DNA of 32,000 nucleotides from the NCBI GenBank assembly GCA_001695645.1, contig LVZN01000012.1:120001-152000 (forward strand), written 5' to 3'. The position numbers were made by a program, and so were the translations under genes. The notes below the pieces were generated by a model. The model worked only from the letters and a program-made list of their open reading frames with translations, searched no databases and was not told the origin of the DNA. Source of the stretch: Erysipelotrichaceae bacterium MTC7 (GTDB lineage: Bacteria > Bacillota_I > Bacilli_A > Erysipelotrichales > Erysipelotrichaceae). Positions within the stretch are counted from its first letter, which is position 1, and every line of letters starts with the position of its first letter. Shown here one piece after another: positions 25,121-32,000 of the stretch.

Positions 25121-26897
25121 TTTTTATAAAGAAACCTTCACGAGTAAAGAACAAAAAGCAATTTTGAAACGCTTACTATCCTATCTAAAGCCTTACATAA
25201 AACCATTGATATTCGCATTATTAACGACAATTGTTGCAACTACGTGTTTTGTGATTGCACCATTGATTATGCGATGGTTGGTTGATAATGGATTGACTAC
25301 ACAAGGGGTGCATATGGATATCATCATTCGTGGTGCATGTCTTTATGCATTGATGTGTTCACTTTATGCAATTTTGCGCTTTTTCCAATTGATTCAATTG
25401 AAACGTTTGGGATTTAAGTTATGTAAAGATTTACGTGATGCTTTGTTTGCAAAGTTGGAAGGTATGGGTATGCGTTACTTTGACCAAACACCAGCAGGAA
25501 GTTTGGTCTCACGTGTAACAAATGATACAGAAGCAATTCAAGAGATGGTGAACGAGGTGCTTTCAGTAATCGTATCAAGTATTGTGATGATTGTGGGTTG
25601 TGTAATCGCGATGAGCTTTCTGGAATGGCGACTTGCCGTTTTCTGTTTATGCTTTGTGCCAGTTGCGGTTTTGATCATGTTTTACTATCAAAAACTATCT
25701 ACACGGTATTACTTAACTGCAAGAGAAAAACTATCGCAACTAAACACCCGACTAGCGGAATCAATTTCAGGAATGTATATCATTCAAGTGTTCAACCAAG
25801 AAAAACGTATCGCAAGCGAGTTTGCAAAAACCAATGACGAGTACTATCAAGCAAGTATGAAAAATGTAAGACTTGATGGATTGTTGCTTGCACCAACCAT
25901 TCACTTATTAATTGCTTTAGCACTTGCAATGATGTTGACCTATATGGGATTTCAATCGTTTGCGGGTTTAGCTTCTGTTGGGATGGTTGTCGCATTTATT
26001 GAGTATATTTATCGTTTCTTTGATCCTATGTTTCAAATTATGGATCGTCTTAGTATTTACCAACAAGCCATCGTTGCTGCATATCGTATTTTCTTTATTC
26101 TTGATCACCAAGAAGTTGCACCACAACAAGATGCTATCGAAAATGCTAAAATCGCAGAAGGAAAAATTGAATTTAAAAATGTTTCTTTCTCATACGATGG
26201 TAAACATGAAGTTTTAAAAGACATTAGCTTTGTGGTTGAACCAGGTGAAACGCTTGCTTTGGTAGGTCATACGGGAAGTGGGAAGAGTAGTATCATTAAT
26301 GTAATGATGCGATTTTATGAATTCACAAAAGGTGAGATTCTCATTGATGGTATATCGATTAAGGAATACCCAATTGAGGAACTACGAAAAAAAATCGGAT
26401 TGGTCCTACAAGATCCATTTATGTTTTATGGAACAGTTGCAGATAACATTCGTTTAAAAAATAAATTGATTACAGACACACAAATTCAAGAAGCTTGCGA
26501 GTTTGTCCAAGCGGACCAGTTTATTGATAAACTTACAGGTGCTTACAACTATCAAGTAAGTGAACGCGGAGCGAGTTTCTCAACCGGTCAAAAACAACTG
26601 TTGGCTTTTGCAAGAACCATAGTTACAAATCCTAAGATTTTAATTCTTGATGAAGCAACGGCAAATATTGATACAGAAACTGAAAGTTTAATCCAAGAAG
26701 GATTGCAACGCATTCAACAAGGACGTACCAGTATTGCAATTGCACACCGTTTGTCAACGATCAAGGATGCTAATAAAATCTTAGTCTTAGATAATGGACG
26801 AATCATTGAAGCAGGAGACCACGAAAGTTTAATCGCTAAAGAAGGTGTCTACTATGCAATGTACCAACTTCAAAAAAGTGGAGCAGAAAAGTATTAA
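25104..26897 (+). CDS. ABC exporter permease/ATPase, partner subunit with degenerate signature motif (LmrD/TM288-like)
   Basis: Start 25104 has SD AAGGGGGGA and a 17-nt overlap with the upstream gene; the ORF-track start 24942 lies inside that gene. Walker A is GHTGSGKSS. The signature FSTGQ is non-canonical. Walker B LILDEATA is canonical. Confidence 0.9.
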   Translation: MNQKNDFYKETFTSKEQKAILKRLLSYLKPYIKPLIFALLTTIVATTCFVIAPLIMRWLVDNGLTTQGVHMDIIIRGACLYALMCSLYAILRFFQLIQLKRLGFKLCKDLRDALFAKLEGMGMRYFDQTPAGSLVSRVTNDTEAIQEMVNEVLSVIVSSIVMIVGCVIAMSFLEWRLAVFCLCFVPVAVLIMFYYQKLSTRYYLTAREKLSQLNTRLAESISGMYIIQVFNQEKRIASEFAKTNDEYYQASMKNVRLDGLLLAPTIHLLIALALAMMLTYMGFQSFAGLASVGMVVAFIEYIYRFFDPMFQIMDRLSIYQQAIVAAYRIFFILDHQEVAPQQDAIENAKIAEGKIEFKNVSFSYDGKHEVLKDISFVVEPGETLALVGHTGSGKSSIINVMMRFYEFTKGEILIDGISIKEYPIEELRKKIGLVLQDPFMFYGTVADNIRLKNKLITDTQIQEACEFVQADQFIDKLTGAYNYQVSERGASFSTGQKQLLAFARTIVTNPKILILDEATANIDTETESLIQEGLQRIQQGRTSIAIAHRLSTIKDANKILVLDNGRIIEAGDHESLIAKEGVYYAMYQLQKSGAEKY

Positions 26898-26930
26898 AAA
26901 AGTCTAGAGCATGAGCTTTAGACTTTTTCT
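26896..26930. terminator. Bidirectional terminator between the ABC operon and the MarR genes
   Basis: A-run, AGTCTAGAGC (26901..26910), loop atga, GCTTTAGACT (one G-U pair), then TTTTT. Confidence 0.75.
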
Positions 26931-27359
26931 TTATCCTAGATTTAAATTTTGCATTTTTTCGAAGTAATCTTTCATTGCTTTATGTAAAGCAATCACTTCG
27001 CCTGATACTTCATCTCGCACAAGGCTTAAGAAGTAATTGTAACTTGCAATAGAAAGTTCACGTCCTTTTTCGCTAACTTCAATAAAGATAATACGTTTAT
27101 CTGTTTTCGAAGTTTCACGAATCAATAATCCGCGTTTTTCTAGCTTACTTACAGCAATTGATAAATTGGTTGCTGCTTTACGCATGTGTTGCGCAAGTTG
27201 ATTTAAAGTCAAACGTCCACTTTCATCAACAATCCGCAAAATCCGTAACTCGTTAAATGAGATTTCATGTTCTTCATAGAACGGTATCATCCATTTAAGT
27301 CCATCTTCTTGAAGACGCATTGTCATTTCTTCTAATTCTTGAATTATTTTCTTGTCCAT
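26931..27359 (-). CDS. MarR-family transcriptional regulator (paralogue A)
   Basis: The winged-HTH core is LTLNQLAQHMRKAATNLSIAVSKLEKRGLLIRETSKTDKRIIFIEVSEKGREL. SD AAAGGGGA is present. Confidence 0.85.
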   Translation of the reverse strand: MDKKIIQELEEMTMRLQEDGLKWMIPFYEEHEISFNELRILRIVDESGRLTLNQLAQHMRKAATNLSIAVSKLEKRGLLIRETSKTDKRIIFIEVSEKGRELSIASYNYFLSLVRDEVSGEVIALHKAMKDYFEKMQNLNLG

Positions 27360-27383
27360 ATAATGTCCCCTTTATATATATAA

Positions 27384-27392
27384 ATTGTAACA
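27384..27392 (-). promoter_or_regulatory. Extended -10 promoter of MarR paralogue A
   Basis: The minus strand reads TGtTACAAT (27392..27384). A leader of about 20 nt carrying the SD follows. Confidence 0.5.
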
Positions 27393-27396
27393 CAAA

Positions 27397-27415
27397 TAGT
27401 ATTCATTAAATACTA
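27397..27415. promoter_or_regulatory. Candidate operator: 7-bp inverted repeat with 5-nt spacer at the -35 position of the MarR-A promoter
   Basis: TAGTATT-catta-AATACTA has perfect arms and lies immediately upstream of the extended -10. Confidence 0.35.
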
Positions 27416-27460
27416 GAATAGTGATGATTTCGTGATAAATTAACAGGAATCCATAGGAAA

Positions 27461-27901
27461 CTACGTAGTTTTCGTAAAAATACGTGCAAGTTCCTTGTTG
27501 TAGTTTGCTAGTGCCTGATGCAATTGCTCTAAGGATTCTTCAAATTTTTTATCGTTCACGGCAATTTTTGCAAAATGATTGATGCTGTCGTATAGCAACT
27601 GTTTTCCTTTCTTAGTTGGTGATAGGAATAAGATTCGCTTATCTGTTGATGAAACGGTTTTTGTAAGTAGACCTTTTTGTTCCATCCGTTTGACCATAAC
27701 AGATGTATTTGTTGCTGCCTTATTTAGTTGCTTTGCAAGTACATTTAAGGTCATATGATCTGTTACGATGATCATTTTTAGAACTTTTAGTTCCATAAAG
27801 CTAATGTTTTCTTTTTCATAAAACGGTTGCATAATGCGCACCCCGTTTGCAAATGATTCCTCTTGGAAATCATGTATCTCTATGATTGTTTTACGTTCCA
27901 T
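27461..27901 (-). CDS. MarR-family transcriptional regulator (paralogue B)
   Basis: The winged-HTH core is MTLNVLAKQLNKAATNTSVMVKRMEQKGLLTKTVSSTDKRILFLSPTKKGKQL. It aligns by eye along its whole length with paralogue A. SD AAGGGGG is present. Confidence 0.85.
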   Translation of the reverse strand: MERKTIIEIHDFQEESFANGVRIMQPFYEKENISFMELKVLKMIIVTDHMTLNVLAKQLNKAATNTSVMVKRMEQKGLLTKTVSSTDKRILFLSPTKKGKQLLYDSINHFAKIAVNDKKFEESLEQLHQALANYNKELARIFTKTT

Positions 27902-27941
27902 AGAACCCCCTTTATTTTACCCTTTACACAAAATAAGCATA

Positions 27942-27961
27942 GATAACCAGTACTTGTTATC
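27942..27961. promoter_or_regulatory. Candidate operator: 20-bp near-perfect palindrome in the MarR-B upstream region
   Basis: GATAACCAGTACTTGTTATC is 18/20 self-complementary (GATAAC-N8-GTTATC with an AGTACT core). It lies between a TATAAT box (minus strand, 27986..27981) and the SD. Confidence 0.4.
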
Positions 27962-28027
27962 GTTACATACTTATATTTAAATTATACCCTATTTCTAACA
28001 CAGATGCGCGCGTTATACTAAAAGGAT

Positions 28028-28050
28028 AAAAAAACCTCAGTTTCCTGAAG
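28028..28050 (-). terminator. Rho-independent terminator after plsY
   Basis: The minus strand reads CTTCAG, loop gaaa, CTGAGG (one G-U pair), then TTTTTTT. Confidence 0.7.
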
Positions 28051-28061
28051 TTAAATGTTTA

Positions 28062-28709
28062 TCATTTCTTTCTGCGTAACCAACTGACTTTGTTTTCATT
28101 TCCATCAATGATTCGTTTGATATTGCTGCGGTGACGCCAAATCACCAGAATTGCTAGTAGGATACTTGCGACTTGAATGCTTTGCGCATCCGTAATGAAG
28201 TAAATGTAAATTGCTTGGGTAATTGATGCGAAAATGGAAGCCAAGCTTACCATTTGAAAGATAACAAGAAGAACTAGAAATACAGCTAGTGGAATTAGCA
28301 ACATCCAAGGATCTTGGAAGGTGAAGATTGCACAAGATAATAAGAATCCAAACATCGTAGCAACTGCTTTTCCACCGCGAAATCCTGCAAAGATTGGATA
28401 ACAGTGTCCAATCGCTGCAAATAAACCTGCCCAAATGGAAACCATTGGATCAAATAGGGCAGCACTTATTCCTGTAGCTGCAACGACCTTTAAGACATCT
28501 AATGCAATAACAGAGATTGCCGCTTTCTTACCTAGAACACGACCGGCATTACTTCCACCAAGATTTCCACTTCCGTATTCACGGACGTCCGTTTTATAAA
28601 AGACTTTTCCAATCACTAAGGCAAAAGGAATTGACCCTAATAAATAACCAATAATGGCAGAAACGATAATTCCAACATACATGGGATGTAAATTTTGTAA
28701 TATGTCCAT
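28062..28709 (-). CDS. plsY: Glycerol-3-phosphate acyltransferase PlsY (acyl-phosphate dependent)
   Basis: GYLLGSIPFALVIGK...DVREYGSGNLGGSNAGRVLGKK is the PlsY signature region in a multi-TM protein. Start 28709 has SD AGGAGA. The ORF-track start 28751 would cover the predicted promoter. Confidence 0.93.
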   Translation of the reverse strand: MDILQNLHPMYVGIIVSAIIGYLLGSIPFALVIGKVFYKTDVREYGSGNLGGSNAGRVLGKKAAISVIALDVLKVVAATGISAALFDPMVSIWAGLFAAIGHCYPIFAGFRGGKAVATMFGFLLSCAIFTFQDPWMLLIPLAVFLVLLVIFQMVSLASIFASITQAIYIYFITDAQSIQVASILLAILVIWRHRSNIKRIIDGNENKVSWLRRKK

Positions 28710-28734
28710 AACATGCTCTCCTAACAAGAAGAAT

Positions 28735-28743
28735 ATTGTAACA
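28735..28743 (-). promoter_or_regulatory. Extended -10 promoter of plsY
   Basis: The minus strand reads TGtTACAAT (28743..28735), within the same TTTGTGTTACAAT string seen at the MarR-A promoter. Confidence 0.5.
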
Positions 28744-28820
28744 CAAAACAAAACGCTTGCGTATATTTTCCATACAAAATTATCAAAAATTAATCATCCT
28801 TTTTACTACATAAAACATGT

Positions 28821-28850
28821 AAAAAAACACAACATTAGATTGTTGTGTTT
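28821..28850 (-). terminator. Rho-independent terminator after the unknown membrane protein gene
   Basis: The minus strand reads ACACAACA, loop atctaa, TGTTGTGT, then TTTTTT. Confidence 0.8.
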
Positions 28851-28857
28851 AGAAGGT

Positions 28858-29535
28858 TTACCTTTGTGTTTTCTTAGATGATATTTGATAGGCTTGAAAG
28901 TAGGTAGGTTTATTTTTTGCGCGTGAGTATGTAAAGATGAAGAAACATAAAGCACCAAGTGTGTTGGTCAGTAAATCAAATATCGTATCGTGTAAAGCGA
29001 GTCGACCTTCAAGTAAAACTTTACCAGAGCGGTATCGTTGAAGATTCATATCTGCAATGCCATCCCAAATATATTCCCAAAACTCCCATAATACGCCACA
29101 AACACCTGCGAAACAAAAGCCAAAAAGCAAAAGTAACCATGGAGATTGCAGTTGAATATCTTTTGGTAAGAGTTGCATTGCAATTGTATATCCGACCATG
29201 GTTAACAACATGGGACTTACAAAGTGAAGAAGTTTATCCCACCAGGAAAAGATATTCACAAAATGCAAACAGGTTCCAGTAAAAATGGAAATAGCCAAAA
29301 ATAACCAGTAGAAATGAACCAAGTTCAGTGGTAACTTATGTTTGCTGATAACTTCCAATACATGGGGAAGATAAATCAAGGCAATTCCTGCTAGACACTG
29401 TACGATAATCATCGCTTTTGGACTTGTTTGATGTGTTACATAATCGTAGATGTTATAGCATAAAATAAGTAGGGCATAGGCTAATAAAACTCGTCTACGT
29501 TTTGTATTTGTTATATATTCACTATACTTTTTCAT
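28858..29535 (-). CDS. Polytopic membrane protein of unknown function (pattern loosely reminiscent of YjdF/DUF2238)
   Basis: About six hydrophobic helices are visible. WDKLLHFVSPML, WEFWEYIWDG and HDTIFDLLTNTLGAL resemble, from memory, the D-x-x-GHF, YE-x-IEW and DTxxDMxxALxGA patterns of DUF2238. This needs an HMM search. Confidence 0.55.
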   Translation of the reverse strand: MKKYSEYITNTKRRRVLLAYALLILCYNIYDYVTHQTSPKAMIIVQCLAGIALIYLPHVLEVISKHKLPLNLVHFYWLFLAISIFTGTCLHFVNIFSWWDKLLHFVSPMLLTMVGYTIAMQLLPKDIQLQSPWLLLLFGFCFAGVCGVLWEFWEYIWDGIADMNLQRYRSGKVLLEGRLALHDTIFDLLTNTLGALCFFIFTYSRAKNKPTYFQAYQISSKKTQR

Positions 29536-29542
29536 ACTATGT

Positions 29543-29548
29543 ATTATA
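29543..29548 (-). promoter_or_regulatory. -10 box with near-leaderless geometry for the membrane protein gene
   Basis: The minus strand reads TATAAT (29548..29543). Seven nt (acatagt, no SD) follow, then ATG 29535. A CTAGT-N5-ACTAG inverted repeat (29551..29565) lies just upstream. Confidence 0.4.
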
Positions 29549-29619
29549 AACTAGTTCTCTACTAGACAATAGAAAAATACACAAAAAGAACGAAAAGCTT
29601 TTTTTCCTACATTCATAAA

Positions 29620-29648
29620 TTGAAAAAGGATGGTAAAATTGATATCAT
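29620..29648 (+). promoter_or_regulatory. Sigma-A type promoter of parE-parC
   Basis: TTGAAA (29620..29625), 17 nt, TATCAT (29643..29648). Confidence 0.55.
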
Positions 29649-29689
29649 AAGTAGGTTAAAGATTAAAGGCAGTAGAAAGGGTGTAAATC

Positions 29690-31636
29690 ATGGCTGATAA
29701 AGCAAATAATAAATACGATGGTAGTAGTATTCAAATACTGGAAGGTTTGGATGCTGTACGGAAACGTCCAGGGATGTACATTGGATCCACGGACGGTCGA
29801 GGACTTCATCATTTGGTTTGGGAAATTTTTGATAATGCAATTGATGAGGCAATCAACGGATATGGGAATTTAATCAACATAACCATCTTTAAAGATGGTT
29901 CTCTTTGTGTTGAAGACTTTGGTCGTGGAATGCCAGTGGATAAACATGCTTCTGGTAAATCGGCACTAGAAGTTATCTTTACGATTTTGCACGCCGGTGG
30001 TAAATTCTCTGAAGAAGGAGGATATAAGACATCAGGTGGACTTCATGGGGTTGGAGCTAGTGTTGTAAATGCATTAAGTCGTTGGGTACACGTTGAAGTA
30101 TGTGTTGGTGGAAAACGCTATGAAATGCAGTTTAGTGATGGTGGAAGTAAAGTCACAAAACTAAAGCAAATAGGAACAACCAAACAAACAGGAAGTAAGG
30201 TCACGTTCTTACCTGATGATACCATTTTCTCGACAGTTGATTTCTCATTTTCACAAATTTGTGAACGTGCTAGAGAAAGTGCTTTTCTTTTAAAAGGAAT
30301 CACTATCAACATCACAGATGAACGTAAAGATAAAAAAGAAACCTATCATTTTGAAAAAGGATTGGAAGACTTCATGAACTATTTGCATGAAGATAAACAA
30401 GTCTTCCATAAACCAGTATCATTTGCAGGAGCTGCAAGTAATGGAATCACAGTGGATTGTTCATTCCAATACATTGACGAATATCAAGAAAACATTTTTA
30501 GTTTTGTTAACTTGGTACGTACAAAAGATGGTGGAACGCATGAAGTTGGTGCACGTGCAGCATTTACAAAAGTATTTAACGACTATGCAAGACGTAATGG
30601 ACTTCTAAAAGAAAAGGAAAAAAACTTTGATGGAAGTGATGTGCGTGAAGGATTAACGATTATTTTATCGGTAGGAATTCCAGAAAACTTACTGCAATTT
30701 GAAGGTCAAACCAAAGGAAAACTAGGAACACCAGAAGCACGTGGTGTTGTTGATAATGTCGTAAGTGAGAAACTAACGTTCTTTTTAGAGGAAAACAAAG
30801 AGCTTGCAATCTCTTTAGTTAAGAAAATGCAACGCGCTGCACAAGCTCGTGAAGCTGCTAGAAAAGCTAGAAATGAGGCACGTAGTGGCAAAAATAAAGG
30901 AAAAAGCGAGAAAATATTATCTGGGAAACTGGCAAATGCACAAAGTAAAGATTCACGTAAAAAAGAATTATACCTAGTCGAAGGGGACAGTGCCGGAGGA
31001 AGTGCAAAACAAGGTCGTGATAGTAAGTATCAAGCAATTTTGCCACTTAGAGGAAAAGTGTTGAATACAGAAAAAGCAAGTATTCAAAGCATTGAGAAAA
31101 ATGAAGAGTTAAATACGATCATTCATGCAGTTGGTGCTGGTGTTGGTTCGAATTTCACCGTGGGTGATTCAAACTACAATAAAGTCATCATCATGACCGA
31201 TGCGGATACCGATGGAGCACATATTCAAGTGTTGCTGCTGACGTTCTTCTATCGCTACATGCGTGAACTGATTGAAGAGGGTATGGTGTACATCGCCTTA
31301 CCTCCACTGTATAAATTGGAGCGGGGAAAAGATCAAGTTTATATTTGGGATGAAAAAGAATTGGCTGAAAAAGCAGCGAAATATAAAGGTTATGCTTTAC
31401 AACGTTATAAAGGACTTGGAGAAATGAATGCGGACCAACTCTGGGATACAACTATGAACCCAGAAACCCGTACATTGATTCAAGTCAGTATTGAAGATGC
31501 GATTGTGGCTGAACGCCGCGTAAGCATTTTGATGGGTGATAAGGCAGAACCAAGACGTGAATGGATTGAAGAAAATGTTTCATTCACGATGGAAGATGAT
31601 TTTGAAAGAGAGGTACAAGATGAGTCGAGAGCCTAA
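29690..31636 (+). CDS. parE: DNA topoisomerase IV subunit B
   Basis: GHKL ATPase and Toprim motifs are present: [50 protein letters not shown] call it ParE rather than GyrB because the downstream partner is ParC-type and because of the plsY-parE-parC neighbourhood. Confidence 0.88.
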   Translation: MADKANNKYDGSSIQILEGLDAVRKRPGMYIGSTDGRGLHHLVWEIFDNAIDEAINGYGNLINITIFKDGSLCVEDFGRGMPVDKHASGKSALEVIFTILHAGGKFSEEGGYKTSGGLHGVGASVVNALSRWVHVEVCVGGKRYEMQFSDGGSKVTKLKQIGTTKQTGSKVTFLPDDTIFSTVDFSFSQICERARESAFLLKGITINITDERKDKKETYHFEKGLEDFMNYLHEDKQVFHKPVSFAGAASNGITVDCSFQYIDEYQENIFSFVNLVRTKDGGTHEVGARAAFTKVFNDYARRNGLLKEKEKNFDGSDVREGLTIILSVGIPENLLQFEGQTKGKLGTPEARGVVDNVVSEKLTFFLEENKELAISLVKKMQRAAQAREAARKARNEARSGKNKGKSEKILSGKLANAQSKDSRKKELYLVEGDSAGGSAKQGRDSKYQAILPLRGKVLNTEKASIQSIEKNEELNTIIHAVGAGVGSNFTVGDSNYNKVIIMTDADTDGAHIQVLLLTFFYRYMRELIEEGMVYIALPPLYKLERGKDQVYIWDEKELAEKAAKYKGYALQRYKGLGEMNADQLWDTTMNPETRTLIQVSIEDAIVAERRVSILMGDKAEPRREWIEENVSFTMEDDFEREVQDESRA

Positions 31637-32000
31637 GCAAAAGGAAACTTTAGAAAATAAAAGTGGGATCATTGTCGCACCTTTAGAAGAAATCTTTGGT
31701 GATCGTTTTGGACGTTATTCAAAATACATCATTCAAGAAAGAGCATTACCAGACGCTCGTGATGGATTAAAACCGGTACAACGCCGAATTTTATTCTGTA
31801 TGAATGAAGAAGGAAATACCCATAAAAACAAGTATCGTAAATCAGCGAAATCTGTTGGTTTAATTATGGGGAACTATCACCCACATGGGGATAGTAGTAT
31901 TTATGATGCGATGGTTCGTATGTCACAAGAATGGAAAAGTAGTCATCCATTAATTGATATGCAAGGAAACAATGGTTCCATTGATGATGACCCAGCTGCT
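31620..32000 (+). CDS. parC: DNA topoisomerase IV subunit A (N-terminal 127 codons; runs off the right edge)
   Basis: Hand translation gives [58 protein letters not shown]...[36 protein letters not shown] and the [16 protein letters not shown] are ParC-type rather than GyrA-type. The gene overlaps parE by 17 nt. Confidence 0.9.
   Translation, partial: MSREPKQKETLENKSGIIVAPLEEIFGDRFGRYSKYIIQERALPDARDGLKPVQRRILFCMNEEGNTHKNKYRKSAKSVGLIMGNYHPHGDSSIYDAMVRMSQEWKSSHPLIDMQGNNGSIDDDPAA

Noticed and set aside
27373-27382. A (TA)5 dinucleotide run lies in the MarR-A leader, a GCGCGCG island lies at 28006..28012, and a G6 run lies at 25091..25096.
   Set aside because: They are too short to argue for slipped-strand phase variation or Z-DNA function. 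The G-run is simply the SD of the second ABC gene.
27458-27471. A perfect 14-bp palindrome, AAACTACGTAGTTT, straddles the stop codon of MarR paralogue B.
   Set aside because: My rough estimate is that a few such 7+7 palindromes are expected by chance in 32 kb of AT-rich DNA. It has no T-tract, so it is not a terminator, and it lies mostly in coding sequence.
29690-32000. The topoisomerase pair could be read as gyrB-gyrA.
   Set aside because: The downstream protein has ParC-specific strings ([19 protein letters not shown]; [17 protein letters not shown]) rather than GyrA-type ones. The plsY neighbourhood is typical of parE-parC. A residual ParE versus GyrB uncertainty remains without a phylogeny.

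Overview
This is an AT-rich, low-GC Gram-positive (Bacillota-type) chromosomal segment read with the standard bacterial code (TGA terminates plsY; Trp is TGG). I support 29 coding regions: 28 proteins plus one speculative 35-codon leader ORF. Two are cut by the window edges and so are absent from the supplied ORF track; I translated both by hand. They are a class A beta-lactamase-like serine hydrolase (1..922, minus) and parC (31620..32000, plus). Content is almost entirely core housekeeping: hrcA-grpE-dnaK-dnaJ, a YgiQ radical-SAM gene, cca-yfcE, clpB, an LUD-domain protein, cysE abutting a CBS-domain family II pyrophosphatase, a tandem-GNAT acetyltransferase, a membrane-embedded MutS paralogue, rqcH, gmk, yneF, a wall-related pair (NodB deacetylase and monofunctional GT51 transglycosylase), a heterodimeric ABC exporter, two tandem MarR regulators, plsY, an unknown membrane protein, and parE-parC. 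I see no rRNA, tRNA, CRISPR array, transposase/integrase, phage module or obvious defence island. All intergenic gaps are under about 230 nt, which leaves little room for a sizeable structured RNA. I cannot point to a clear-cut novel multi-gene system. The observations most worth follow-up are: (1) an uncharacterised four-TM MutS-family ATPase directly downstream of rqcH; (2) a recurring SD-less, leaderless-type promoter/start geometry at six genes; (3) identical dual-CIRCE operator architecture at both hrcA and clpB; (4) a perfectly SD-led 35-codon upstream ORF overlapping the start of an SD-poor GNAT gene; (5) tandem MarR paralogues with distinct palindromes. Motif coordinates were counted by hand and may be off by 1-2 nt. 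No similarity search, HMM scan or folding calculation was possible.
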